This document shows positions 8,831 to 17,586 of a DNA stretch of 32,000 bases, one piece after another; the stretch's first letter is position 1, and every line of letters begins with the position of its first letter. The notes under the pieces were generated by a model. The model was not told the DNA's origin and did no database searches. It worked only from the letters and a program-made list of their open reading frames with translations. The position numbers were made by a program, and so were the translations under genes. The DNA is from Bdellovibrionales bacterium (GTDB taxonomy: Bacteria > Bdellovibrionota > Bdellovibrionia > Bdellovibrionales > UBA1609): assembly GCA_963692945.1 (NCBI GenBank), contig OY843585.1, positions 540,001 through 572,000 on the forward strand. The letters are read 5' to 3'.

Positions 8831-9229
8831 ATGGAATATAAAATAAAATATCTCTTAGTCTTAGAACCTATTTTTGGAGAAACTGTGAAAAAACAGCTTT
8901 TTTCTGTTGCTTCTATTTTAGAGGAGCTTTTTAAAAAACCAAAATCTCCATTATCTGAAGGTTATTTTTTATGTCAATTGCATCAAATGTGGGAGGAGTT
9001 GGCTGGAGAAGAAATAGCAAAAGTGGCTCACCCTGTTGGATTTAAAAATCATCGCCTCACTATTGCCTTACCAAGTTCTAGTCATGTTCAAGAGATGCAT
9101 TTTGTGAAAGAAACTCTTAGACAAAAAATCAATCAAATTTTTCCAGATAAAAAAGTTAAGAGAATCTATTTACAAGTTAAAAATTCAAAGCCTTTAAATT
9201 TTAAATCCATTAAAAAGATCATTTCTTAA
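8831..9229 (+). CDS. DUF721 / DciA-like protein
   Basis: WEELAGEEIAKVAHPVGFKNHRLTIALPSSSHVQEMHFVKETLRQKIN matches the W..ivG..ia.h..p..l..g.L.v.v.s..w..el pattern of DUF721. The exact start is uncertain because the SD is weak. Confidence 0.6.
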   Translation: MEYKIKYLLVLEPIFGETVKKQLFSVASILEELFKKPKSPLSEGYFLCQLHQMWEELAGEEIAKVAHPVGFKNHRLTIALPSSSHVQEMHFVKETLRQKINQIFPDKKVKRIYLQVKNSKPLNFKSIKKIIS

Positions 9230-9295
9230 CTCGGATTTCTAAGTTACTTTTTTAGACTTCTTAGAATGATTTTGACAAATCCTCGTATTTCTACA

Positions 9296-10024
9296 TTATT
9301 TTTTCTTTTTAGACTTCTTAGAAAGGTCTTTTAAATATTTATACCTAGGTCTTTCTCCTAAAAGAATGAGCAATCTATTGTAAAGATTTCTGTTGTTAAT
9401 GATAGACCCTAGGGAACCTTGTCCTGAATCCACTTTTCTTAAAATACTACTTAAAGATCTTAAGATAGAGGAAACTTCTTTCTTATTTGATTGAGATAAA
9501 AAGCTTGAAATATCTTTTTGATTTAAATTTTTCATAAATAGATCTACTTCTCCAATAAGACTCTCAATAGATTTTTTATTTTTTTCTCCACCACTAATCA
9601 AAGAAAGTATGTCTAAAGAAGGAGCTGTTTTTATATACTGTCCAGTAGCCAGTGTAGGGGCTGAAAGGTCATTTGTTGCAATATTGATATAGCGATCCCC
9701 AAGAGCTCCTTGCGTCTTAAGTTGTGCTGTGCTGGATTGATTGATCATAAAAAGATGATCTTTTTTTATGGTGAAAACAACTTCAATAGTTCCATCTTTT
9801 AAAAGAGTCATTTTAGCTACATTACCAGTTCTTGTTCCGTGAATAGTGACTTCACTTCCTACATAAATTCCTCTCACTTCTTTATAAATACTTTTATAAA
9901 AATTAGATGATTTTAAAAAAGTCCCATCACTTGTTCCAATAACAATAGTGAGTAAAGTAAAAGCAGCTAATCCAATAAGAATAATGGCTCCGACAACAAT
10001 TTGTTTGATAAAGAAAAATTTCAT
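9296..10024 (-). CDS. mlaD: MCE-domain protein, MlaD-like substrate-binding component
   Basis: A single N-terminal TM helix is followed by an MCE-like core (VRGIYVGSEVTIHGTRTGNVAKMTL). The ATG overlaps the upstream ABC ATPase stop (ATGA). Confidence 0.8.
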   Translation of the reverse strand: MKFFFIKQIVVGAIILIGLAAFTLLTIVIGTSDGTFLKSSNFYKSIYKEVRGIYVGSEVTIHGTRTGNVAKMTLLKDGTIEVVFTIKKDHLFMINQSSTAQLKTQGALGDRYINIATNDLSAPTLATGQYIKTAPSLDILSLISGGEKNKKSIESLIGEVDLFMKNLNQKDISSFLSQSNKKEVSSILRSLSSILRKVDSGQGSLGSIINNRNLYNRLLILLGERPRYKYLKDLSKKSKKKK

Positions 10025-10788
10025 TTTCCATTCCCTCCTTTAGTACCTTCCATAAAGTTTTTTATTAAGACATTGTAACTTTTTTCTAATGTTTCTGGTG
10101 TTCCCATGGCTTGTATAGTTCCATCCAATAAAAGAGCAATACGATCTGATATTTTACGAGCAACGGTCATATTGTGTGTAACTAAAATAGCAGTTGTTCC
10201 TCTTTTTTTAAGCTTTAACATCAATTTAACTAAATTAGCAGTATTATAAGGGTCTAAACTGACCGTTGGTTCATCATAAAGTATAACTTTAGGTTTTAAT
10301 ATCATAGATCTAGCAATTCCCACTCGTTTTTTCATTCCTCCAGAAAGCTCAACTGGAAAAAGGTCTTCAGTTCCACTGAGTTCAAATTCTTCCAATTCAC
10401 TCATGACTCTTTTACGAATAGCCCTTTCTCCTAATTTTGTGTGTTCTCTAAGAGGTAAGGCTAAATTGTTGAATACGGACATAGAATCAAAAAGAGCCCC
10501 ATTTTGAAAGGCATAGGCTATCTTTTTTCTTATAGGAACGAGTTCTTCTTCAGAAAAATCTATAATATTTTGATCTTCTATAAAAACTTGACCTTGGGTA
10601 GGTTTCATAAGTCCAATAATAGAGCGAAGAAGAGTTGTTTTTCCAGCTCCTGATTCTCCAAGTATAGTTAAACATTCTTTTTCTTTTACAATAAAATTAA
10701 CATCTTTTAAAACAGTTTTATTTCCATAAGAAAGAGAAAAGTTTTTTATTTCTATGAGAACTTTAGATTTGTCTTTATTTGTATCCAT
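10021..10788 (-). CDS. mlaF: ABC transporter ATP-binding protein, MlaF-like
   Basis: Walker A is GESGAGKTT, the ABC signature is LSGGMKKRVGIARS, and Walker B is ILYDEPTVSLD. The gene lies between a permease and an MCE protein. Confidence 0.88.
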   Translation of the reverse strand: MDTNKDKSKVLIEIKNFSLSYGNKTVLKDVNFIVKEKECLTILGESGAGKTTLLRSIIGLMKPTQGQVFIEDQNIIDFSEEELVPIRKKIAYAFQNGALFDSMSVFNNLALPLREHTKLGERAIRKRVMSELEEFELSGTEDLFPVELSGGMKKRVGIARSMILKPKVILYDEPTVSLDPYNTANLVKLMLKLKKRGTTAILVTHNMTVARKISDRIALLLDGTIQAMGTPETLEKSYNVLIKNFMEGTKGGNGK

Positions 10789-10805
10789 TTTTTAAAAATC
10801 CTTTC

Positions 10806-11567
10806 CTAATAGTGTAAAAACGAATAGTAAAAATTTGTAAGTATTACATCGCCAAAAATAATTAATAAAGAAGAAGTTACAACAGATGTCATAGTGGCTC
10901 GTCCTATTTCATAAGAACCTTTTGAAATACTCAAACCATAGTGACAAGATGTTACAGCAATAAATATAGCAAAGACAAAAGTTTTAAACAGACTAAAAAG
11001 AAAGAAAATAAGTTTAGGTGTATAAAGAGCTTTTGCAATAAAATAAACGGGATCTAAATTTAAATAGGTGTAGCTAACATAAGCCCCTGTTAATAAACCA
11101 ACAATACTTACAAAAAGAGAAAGAATGGGAATAATCACTACACAAGCTAGTACTTTGGGAATAATGACCCTTTTTGTGTAAGAAATACCCAAAGCCCGAA
11201 AAGCATCGATTTGTTCTGTAACTTTCATAGTCCCTATTTCTGAAGTGATACCAGCTCCAATTCTTGCTGCAAGAATAAGAGGGGCTAAAACTGTTGCAAA
11301 CTCTCCTAAAATAGCCAGTGCTAAAATTTTTGGGACATACATTTTAGCACCATATTTTTCTAGAGAGACACCAATATGTAAAGCTAGGATGAAGCCTAAG
11401 CAAATCCCTAAAACAATAATAATAAAGAGGGAGCGATACCCAAAGTCATACATATTTTTTATAAGTAATTTGTAATAAAAAGGCCGTTGCCACATTTGTT
11501 TCATAACTTGCCAAGAAATAGAACAAAAACTTTTTACAAAATAAATATAAGATAGGATAGTGTTCAT
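10806..11567 (-). CDS. mlaE: ABC transporter permease, MlaE-like
   Basis: The 253-aa polytopic membrane protein carries the conserved MlaE-type segment GTMKVTEQIDAFRALGI. It shares an operon with mlaF and mlaD. Confidence 0.85.
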   Translation of the reverse strand: MNTILSYIYFVKSFCSISWQVMKQMWQRPFYYKLLIKNMYDFGYRSLFIIIVLGICLGFILALHIGVSLEKYGAKMYVPKILALAILGEFATVLAPLILAARIGAGITSEIGTMKVTEQIDAFRALGISYTKRVIIPKVLACVVIIPILSLFVSIVGLLTGAYVSYTYLNLDPVYFIAKALYTPKLIFFLFSLFKTFVFAIFIAVTSCHYGLSISKGSYEIGRATMTSVVTSSLLIIFGDVILTNFYYSFLHY

Positions 11568-12079
11568 TTTGGTTGGAATCCTTTTATGAATTTTTGAAAA
11601 ATGGCTCTTTCTTTTTTAAAAGATTTTTCAGAGTCAGCTATAAAATTTAAAATATAAAAGCAGTTGTTTTTTACTAAAGTGTACATTCCACTCATTGTTT
11701 GTTCACCATCTGGATGATAAATCTTTATAACGGAATAAATGTGATTTTTTGCCCTTTGTGTTTTTATAAGTCTGTAATTTTCTATTTCAGAAAGAGTGCC
11801 TTGCTCTATATCCTTTAAAGATTGAAGATTCCTAGAACAATTAGAAAAATAAGATAAGTAACTATTGGTTTGTTGATTCCACCAAAGAGCATCTAGTTGA
11901 GAATGTGTTTGTCGTTTATAAGGTTGTGGTGGAGACCAAAATTTGACTTGATCTGCTTTTTTATCTTTAGTCTTTTTTAAAACCATACTGAAAGCAGACT
12001 TTCTTAAAGAAGAACAGTGAGCTGTCAGGATGATAATACATCCTAGAAAGATATATTGTTTAAAAAGAAATGGTTTCAT
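11564..12079 (-). CDS. Exported or lipoprotein-like hypothetical protein, first gene of the mla operon
   Basis: The N-terminus is hydrophobic with Cys residues (IFLGCIIILTAHCSS). Its stop overlaps the mlaE start (ATGA). Confidence 0.65.
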   Translation of the reverse strand: MKPFLFKQYIFLGCIIILTAHCSSLRKSAFSMVLKKTKDKKADQVKFWSPPQPYKRQTHSQLDALWWNQQTNSYLSYFSNCSRNLQSLKDIEQGTLSEIENYRLIKTQRAKNHIYSVIKIYHPDGEQTMSGMYTLVKNNCFYILNFIADSEKSFKKERAIFQKFIKGFQPK

Positions 12080-12140
12080 AAGTAAGAACCCCTCTCTATA
12101 GTTTGAGAGGGAATTTCAAACCTTAAGGGATATTAAAATA

Positions 12141-12413
12141 TCAATTTAAATAGTCTTTAAAATCTTTACCAGGTTTAAATTTAGGGGAAGTGCAAGCAGG
12201 AATTTGAATCTCTTCTCCTGTGTGTGGGTTACGACCCATTCTTGCCTTTCTTTCGTTGGCTGTAAAAGTTCCAAAGCCAATCAGTTTGACAGTTTCTTTT
12301 TTCTTCAAAGTGTTTTTAATGATATCAAAAAAAGAAACTACTACTTTTGTAACATCTGCTTTGGAAAGACTTGTTGCCTCAGCGATTTTATCTATGATTT
12401 CTGCTTTATTCAT
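12141..12413 (-). CDS. hup: HU/IHF-family nucleoid-associated DNA-binding protein
   Basis: The 90-aa protein shows the HU hallmarks MNKAEIIDKIAE...GFGTF...R.AR.GRNP.TGE.I.IPA...P.FK.GK. An SD (AGAGG) precedes the ATG. Confidence 0.95.
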   Translation of the reverse strand: MNKAEIIDKIAEATSLSKADVTKVVVSFFDIIKNTLKKKETVKLIGFGTFTANERKARMGRNPHTGEEIQIPACTSPKFKPGKDFKDYLN

Positions 12414-12580
12414 AATTATACCTCTTTTCTATAATTTGTTTGTGGATTAAAAAAACCAATAACAAGAATTAGATTTTTTCCATTTGTGTGAAAAAAATCA
12501 AGCCTTTTTTTAAAAAAATTAAATTTTTTTAGTTAGATGGTGCCCAATGTGGTATTTTCTAATTAATTTTGACTTTAAAT

Positions 12581-13339
12581 TTAATTTGTGTATTGGTCGC
12601 AAGTGTATCTATTGCTTTTTACACGTGAAGATGTGTATCTTTGTATACTGGCGGAGATGATTTCTCGTTCTGAGGAATTTGCCCCATAAGTTATATCAAG
12701 ATTTAGGGTGTCATTTTTGACATGATTGCTACCGTTTGATCGTATAATTAATGAGAAACTTCCACCAAGACCAGCATTTGGAAAAAGCCTGATATTAAAT
12801 CCTTTGTTTTTATTGATAGCTTGTGCTGTTCCTTTAACGGTAAAAGATTCACCCCAATTGGAATTGCTAGAAGATCGTGGTTGAATAGTTACAGAAGCTT
12901 CGGTAGGCAATTGGTCTGTGTGAAATTTAATTTCAATAAAACCATTTCCAAGCCAATTTCTACATTTTTTTTCTTTGTTATTTTTACCAAAAAGATTGTA
13001 AGAGTAGTCTAAACCCAAAAAATTACCATTTGCATCAAAACGACGGTTTTTTGTAGATCGGCTTCCAAGAGTTTGATGGATTTGACCACCTCCTGGCAAA
13101 TTATAAATTCTATCCGTTCCACACCTTCTACAAGAAAACATCAGTAATTCATATTGACCAGAGTCATGTACATTAAAGTTATTACTAAAAAAGATGCCGG
13201 TATTTTCTGGACTAGTAGTTTGGGGAGCTGCAGGTGGGGCTGTAGGAGCATCACCTCTTACAAAACCAGACTTGTTGTTACAGCTTAGAAGGAAAAAGAA
13301 AATCAGGCTTACACTAGATAAATAAAAATATCTTTTCAT
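12581..13339 (-). CDS. Lipoprotein, function unknown
   Basis: The preferred start is the internal ATG at 13339 (MKRYFYLSSVSLIFFFLLSCNNK). It has an AGAGGAGA SD and an LLSC lipobox. The track ORF extends to 13396 without an RBS. Confidence 0.7.
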   Translation of the reverse strand: MKRYFYLSSVSLIFFFLLSCNNKSGFVRGDAPTAPPAAPQTTSPENTGIFFSNNFNVHDSGQYELLMFSCRRCGTDRIYNLPGGGQIHQTLGSRSTKNRRFDANGNFLGLDYSYNLFGKNNKEKKCRNWLGNGFIEIKFHTDQLPTEASVTIQPRSSSNSNWGESFTVKGTAQAINKNKGFNIRLFPNAGLGGSFSLIIRSNGSNHVKNDTLNLDITYGANSSEREIISASIQRYTSSRVKSNRYTCDQYTN

Positions 13340-13432
13340 ATCTCCTCTATCGGTTTCTTCAAGAGAAATTTCTAGAGTAAAGTTGAAATACATCATTTTT
13401 TTATAGTTTTTAAGACTTTATGCCGAAAAATA

Positions 13433-13441
13433 TGGTATTAT
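13433..13441 (+). promoter_or_regulatory. Extended -10 promoter element (TGGTATTAT) for ssrA
   Basis: A TGnTAnnAT match ends 11 nt upstream of the first tmRNA nucleotide. Confidence 0.4.
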
Positions 13442-13452
13442 AGGTTGATTTT

Positions 13453-13800
13453 GGGGGTGTATTGGCTTCGACGTGGGTCATGACGCTTTTGGGAGCATGT
13501 AGAGGTTGCACAAGGTCCTCTTTAAAAATGTGTGTTTTTTAAACGGCAATTCTGTTGCCTTTGCTGCCTAATTTAGTGTAGCCGTTGAACCAAATTTTGG
13601 TGATGGATTTGGGGAAGCGACGCTTTTATCACCTCGGTCTTTCATTTTGTCTCAGGGTTAAAGACTTAAATTTATGAGAAAACAATCAATAGAACTTTGT
13701 TCTTGGAGGTCTATTGATTTAATAAAACAAGAAACAAACATGTAGTTGCCTGAAAGAAGATTTCTTGCGGACATGGGTTCAATTCCCATCACCTCCACCA
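13453..13800 (+). ncRNA. ssrA: tmRNA (SsrA)
   Basis: The 5' end GGGGGTGTATTGGCTTCGACG pairs with the 3' end CACCTCCACCA to give a tRNA-Ala-like acceptor stem with a G3:U70 wobble. A T-arm GGGTTCAATTCCC is present. The internal tag reading frame is ...GGC AAT TCT GTT GCC TTT GCT GCC TAA (ends 13571), giving ...GNSVAFAA*. Confidence 0.93.
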
Positions 13801-13805
13801 TTTTT

Positions 13806-13961
13806 AAAACTCTAGTTCTAAAAAGTATTTCCTACTCTTAATTTTAACGAGCTTTTCATCGTAAGAGGGACACTCTTCAAATCTCGTTAAAATTAAGAGT
13901 TGCTTAACAGGCTTATATTTGAACTAGAGAAAAACTCCGTTTTTTTGCAACTAGAGTTTTG
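13806..13961. repeat. Intergenic modular repeat element (locus B), directly 3' of ssrA
   Basis: The element is bounded by AAAACTCTAGTTC and CAACTAGAGTTTTG. A perfect 17-bp hairpin (13835-13851 / 13883-13899) encloses a 31-nt loop CTTTTCATCGTAAGAGGGACACTCTTCAAAT. Confidence 0.8.
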
Positions 13962-14007
13962 TTATTTAGGATTAAAGATTGTATTTTCTTTTTCCGATAG
14001 AATAGAT

Positions 14008-14556
14008 ATGGGATATTTATCTCCTTTTTTAATAATTCTGATTGTAGTGTTTTCTCCCTTTACTTTTTCTATGACTTTAGGGGATGTGACAGCCGCTACA
14101 GCTATCCAAAACACTTTAAATAGTACAGCAGCTCCTTCCTATGGAAAAGTGCTTGATAAAGTGAAAACGGATCTAAAAAAAGCTGAAGAGGTAGAAAGGA
14201 AAAAACAAGCTGAATTAAAAGATTTGAATCTACATCCAGAATCAACAACAAAACCATTAGCAGAGGACAGAAATAATATTCAATCGGAGGATTCATTAGA
14301 TTTTAAAAATGATCCTCATTTAGAAAATTTGAGTCGCAATGAATTAGACGAAAGATTTGATGATGGTGGTGTTGAAATCAATGTAGATAAAATAATGGAT
14401 TACACCAAAAAAACAGTTATTTTTTATAAGGGTAATTGTGAAAATAAAGATGGAAGAACTCCGAGTTCAACCTGTAGTCCAATGCCTGTTTTGACAAATA
14501 TCAAAAGTGTTATTTTCAACTATGCTCATAAACGTGGTGAGTTCAAAAAAAAGTGA
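14008..14556 (+). CDS. Secreted hypothetical protein
   Basis: The start is placed at the internal ATG at 14008 (MGYLSPFLIILIVVFSPFTFSM signal peptide). The track ORF start (13900) lies inside the repeat element and is probably an artefact. Confidence 0.6.
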   Translation: MGYLSPFLIILIVVFSPFTFSMTLGDVTAATAIQNTLNSTAAPSYGKVLDKVKTDLKKAEEVERKKQAELKDLNLHPESTTKPLAEDRNNIQSEDSLDFKNDPHLENLSRNELDERFDDGGVEINVDKIMDYTKKTVIFYKGNCENKDGRTPSSTCSPMPVLTNIKSVIFNYAHKRGEFKKK

Positions 14557-14764
14557 ACGGATTTATTCTTTAAAAGTCCTTAGTATCTATTAAAATGAAA
14601 TATTGAAGTATTACACAAGTGTCCTTTCATTTTTCTAACTTGTTTTTCGTTTATAAGTTTTTGTTTTTAAAATTTTTTCGTTGAATGGTATAAAAGTTCA
14701 CTTCCTTACACGGCTGAATAAGGTTGCTTTTTAATAGCTTTTATATTAACTAGATATGTAATTT

Positions 14765-14840
14765 GCGGGAGTAGCTCAATTGGTAGAGTATCAGCCTTCC
14801 AAGCTGAGGGTTGCGGGTTCGAAGCCCGTCTCCCGCTCCA
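14765..14840 (+). tRNA. tRNA-Gly (anticodon UCC)
   Basis: A cloverleaf folds by hand: acceptor GCGGGAG/CTCCCGC, D arm GCTC-AATTGGTA-GAGT, anticodon arm TCAGC-CTTCCAA-GCTGA, T arm GCGGG-TTCGAAG-CCCGT, discriminator T, encoded CCA. Confidence 0.95.
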
Positions 14841-14845
14841 TTTTA

Positions 14846-15361
14846 CAAAACTCTCGTTCATTTCTAATACCCTTTTCTTTTTAGGAGATTTTCGTCGTAG
14901 GAGGGATACTCCTCAAACACCTAAAAAGAAAAGGATTCTTATTATTTGAACTAGAGAAAACCTACTGGTTTTCGCATTCTGGTTTTCGCATGAGGGGCTT
15001 TGTTCTTCAAATCTCGTTAAAATAAGAGTTGCTTAACAGGATTATATTGAACTAGAGAAAACCTACTGGTTTTCGCATGAGTGAACTAGAGAAAAACTGC
15101 TGGTTTTTGCATATAAGTCTTTATTGTTTGAACTAGAGAAAACCTACTGGTTTTCGCATGAGGGGCTTTGTTTTTCAGATCTCGTTAAAATAAGAGTTGC
15201 TTAACAGGATTATATTGAACTAGAGAAAAACTGCTGTTTTTCGCATATAAGTCTTTATTGTTTGAACTAGAGTTTTGGAAATGGAATTAGAGAAAACCTA
15301 CTGGTTTTTGCATGAGTGAACTAGAGAAAACCTACTGGTTTTTGCATACTGGTTTTCGCAA
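14846..15361. repeat. Nested or tandem array of the modular intergenic repeat family (locus C)
   Basis: About 7 copies of GAACTAGAGAAAACCTACTGGTTTTCGCAT and variants start near 14947, 15049, 15083, 15130, 15217, 15285 and 15317. They are interleaved with two copies of a ~55-bp module (..TTCAAATCTCGTTAAAATAAGAGTTGCTTAACAGGATTATATT). A 15-bp hairpin lies at 14871-14885 / 14920-14934. Confidence 0.85.
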
Positions 15362-15378
15362 AGGAAATTCTAAACAAT

Positions 15379-16005
15379 TTATTTTGTGCCATCATGTTTA
15401 TGTTGAAGATCTTTTCTTTGATCTATAGACCATACATCTAATCGACCTCCACCTAAATCTGCACAAGCTAAAGCGGTGTATTGTTTGTATTTACCACTTG
15501 TTAGTTTAACTTTTGCTTTCAAGCTTCCAGTGATACAAGCTCCACTTAAGTTTTTAACAGCTGTGTTTTTAGTAGAATTATTAGATTCTTTTAAAAAACA
15601 TTCAGTACTACTTCCTGAAGCAAAATCTTTACCACAAACTTCAAAGGTGTTGGAATTGCCTGTACCATTAGCAGTTCCTCCTATTGCACAATCTGGAATC
15701 CCAGATGTAGGACAACTCGTTCCTCCATCAATAGGGCTTTTGTCAAAACCTACATTGTAAATGTATTTTCCTACGAGGTCTAAATTGATGGCCTCTAAAT
15801 TATAATGATAGTTATTGTTATCTATATAAAAAATTCTCTCATTGCCATACAAATTGGAGAGCAATATTTTGGCTTCTGTTGTTTTTCCTTGTCTTTTTGT
15901 TTTCATAAAACTGATAACAGCCATAGAAGAAAGAATGGCTATGATACTTACCACAGTAAGTAGTTCAATGAGAGAGAAACCTTTGGACTTGTTGATAGAA
16001 TACAT
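15379..16005 (-). CDS. Type IV pilin (PilA/PilE-like), prepilin-type N-terminus
   Basis: MYSINKSKG|FSLIELLTVVSIIAILSSMAV shows a class III signal, with Gly-1, Phe+1 and Glu+5, followed by the hydrophobic alpha1-N helix. The C-terminal half contains several Cys. Confidence 0.85.
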   Translation of the reverse strand: MYSINKSKGFSLIELLTVVSIIAILSSMAVISFMKTKRQGKTTEAKILLSNLYGNERIFYIDNNNYHYNLEAINLDLVGKYIYNVGFDKSPIDGGTSCPTSGIPDCAIGGTANGTGNSNTFEVCGKDFASGSSTECFLKESNNSTKNTAVKNLSGACITGSLKAKVKLTSGKYKQYTALACADLGGGRLDVWSIDQRKDLQHKHDGTK

Positions 16006-16103
16006 CTTATCTTTTTATAGCATTATTTTGTTATGTTTTATCTATTTATTTTTTTATACTCAACATCCGTCCTAATTTTTTGTTAGTGATTGATAGCTAG
16101 GTT

Positions 16104-17474
16104 TTATAATTTTTGTTTTCCTTTCATTCTTTGAAAGAGTTTCTTTATAAAACCTTGTTTTTCAGAGTTAGATTTAATGTGAGCAGTCTCGGCATTGACA
16201 ACAAGACTCTTCTTTGTTGCTTTAGGTTTAGAAATCACTTTCACTCTATTTTCAGGAATAGGAGTGAACCACATATCAATAACATGTCCTTTTTGTTCAA
16301 CTCCCTTCTTGTTCACAAAAATAAAATTAGACTTTTCAATCTCTTTTGCTCTTTTACCATATTCCACCTGAGAACTTTCATAATCTAAAGAGATTTGTTT
16401 GATTTTTTGATTTAAAGGAATTTGTTCGGTTTTTTCTCCCACTCCGTTTCTATTGACATCTTTCCATAAAACCAGTTGAGAAAAAACTTTATCTTTAGCA
16501 TTGATTTGATTGTCTTTATTAGAGTCAAAATCTTTTAAAGATTCAAATCCATTTTCGTAAACAGTGTCTAAGCCTGTATTTCCAAATAACTCATAAGCCT
16601 CTGTTATTTTTCCATCTTTATTTTGATCTAAAGCTATAAAATAACCAGGGGAGTCTTTCTCCGGCCATGTGACATAGCGATTGTTTTCCATAAGAGGAAA
16701 AGTACTTAACCCTGTAAAGAGAGGTCTTTGTTGATTAAAGAAAACCATTAGAGGAGAGGTGTAGTATCTACAACCCGAAGCACTGCTTGTTGTTTTTATA
16801 GGAATGGATAAACCGATGGTAACGCTACCTGCTCTGGAAGTAAGGTCATCAAGGTTAGGGGAGTAAGATACACCTAGATGTCCTTTTTTACCCCAAGTCG
16901 TCCAAAGACTCAAAGCCGATACTGCATCACCTCTTCGTTGCCTAACTTCTACAGACCTAGTTTTATCTCTTCGTTCTATACGGGCACTTGGAACAAACTG
17001 TACAGTTATATGGTTTCTATCTCCAGAAGCTCGGTAATTTCCAGTCGCTAATACACTAGCCGTTGCTCTGTAATTGTCAGTCCAAGCTGCAGAAGCGATT
17101 TCATAAACTTTAGTTGCACGACTGTCACTAATAGTCTTGCTTATTCTTGAATGAACAAGTGCAGAAGGGAATTCAAAAACAATATATTTTTTATTATCGG
17201 CAGAATCAACAACTGGCATTCCAATAACAATATGAGTTGATCTATCAAGATTAAGAGGTGATCCTCCCCATCTTGAGTTTGTAGATATACATATAGCGGA
17301 GATACTTGTTGTTACTTTATGGTCTATAAAAACCTTTTTATCTTCTGGTGGTTCAGGAATATCAGCAGTGCTTGCTACACCTCCCCAATCTCCTCCTGTG
17401 CTTGTCTGGATGCTCACTGCAGAAAAAGCGTTTATTGAAGTAACACTCAAAAATAAAATAATAATTTTTTTCAT
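16104..17474 (-). CDS. Secreted protein with C-terminal EF-hand-like calcium-binding DxNxDG loops (candidate PilY1-like or adhesin accessory)
   Basis: A signal peptide (MKKIIILFLSVTSINAFSA) and an AGGAG RBS are present. DQNKDGKITEAYELFGN, DFDSNKDNQINAKDKVF and DVNRNGVGEKTE match DxDxDG-type Ca loops. The gene sits between pilin genes. Confidence 0.7.
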   Translation of the reverse strand: MKKIIILFLSVTSINAFSAVSIQTSTGGDWGGVASTADIPEPPEDKKVFIDHKVTTSISAICISTNSRWGGSPLNLDRSTHIVIGMPVVDSADNKKYIVFEFPSALVHSRISKTISDSRATKVYEIASAAWTDNYRATASVLATGNYRASGDRNHITVQFVPSARIERRDKTRSVEVRQRRGDAVSALSLWTTWGKKGHLGVSYSPNLDDLTSRAGSVTIGLSIPIKTTSSASGCRYYTSPLMVFFNQQRPLFTGLSTFPLMENNRYVTWPEKDSPGYFIALDQNKDGKITEAYELFGNTGLDTVYENGFESLKDFDSNKDNQINAKDKVFSQLVLWKDVNRNGVGEKTEQIPLNQKIKQISLDYESSQVEYGKRAKEIEKSNFIFVNKKGVEQKGHVIDMWFTPIPENRVKVISKPKATKKSLVVNAETAHIKSNSEKQGFIKKLFQRMKGKQKL

Positions 17475-17586
17475 TATAAGCTCCTTTATTAATTTCTATT
17501 TATCAAGTTTAATTCTATAGTATTTTTTTGTTTTTTAAAAATTATTTGAACTTTTTATCTTAAAACTGTCTCAAGATGATACACAA

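Noticed and set aside
9249-9323. 18-nt direct repeat TTTTTAGACTTCTTAGAA (9250-9267 and 9306-9323) at the 3' end of mlaD
   Set aside because: This is a short local duplication of the Lys-rich gene end and downstream sequence, with no evident functional implication.
12090-12111. Hairpin CCCTCTC-N8-GAGAGGG between hup and the mla operon, considered as a terminator
   Set aside because: On the transcribed (minus) strand it is followed by only a weak T-tract. It also overlaps the probable SD of the next gene, so its role is ambiguous.
12204-12450. ORFs 12204..12434 and 12220..12450 (+)
   Set aside because: They are antisense to the clearly recognisable HU gene and have no RBS or motif.
14846-15361. 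CRISPR-like appearance of the ~30-bp repeats
   Set aside because: Spacing between repeats is very irregular, roughly 2 to 70 bp. The intervening sequences are themselves repeated modules rather than unique spacers. Repeats occur in both orientations at other loci. No cas genes are nearby.
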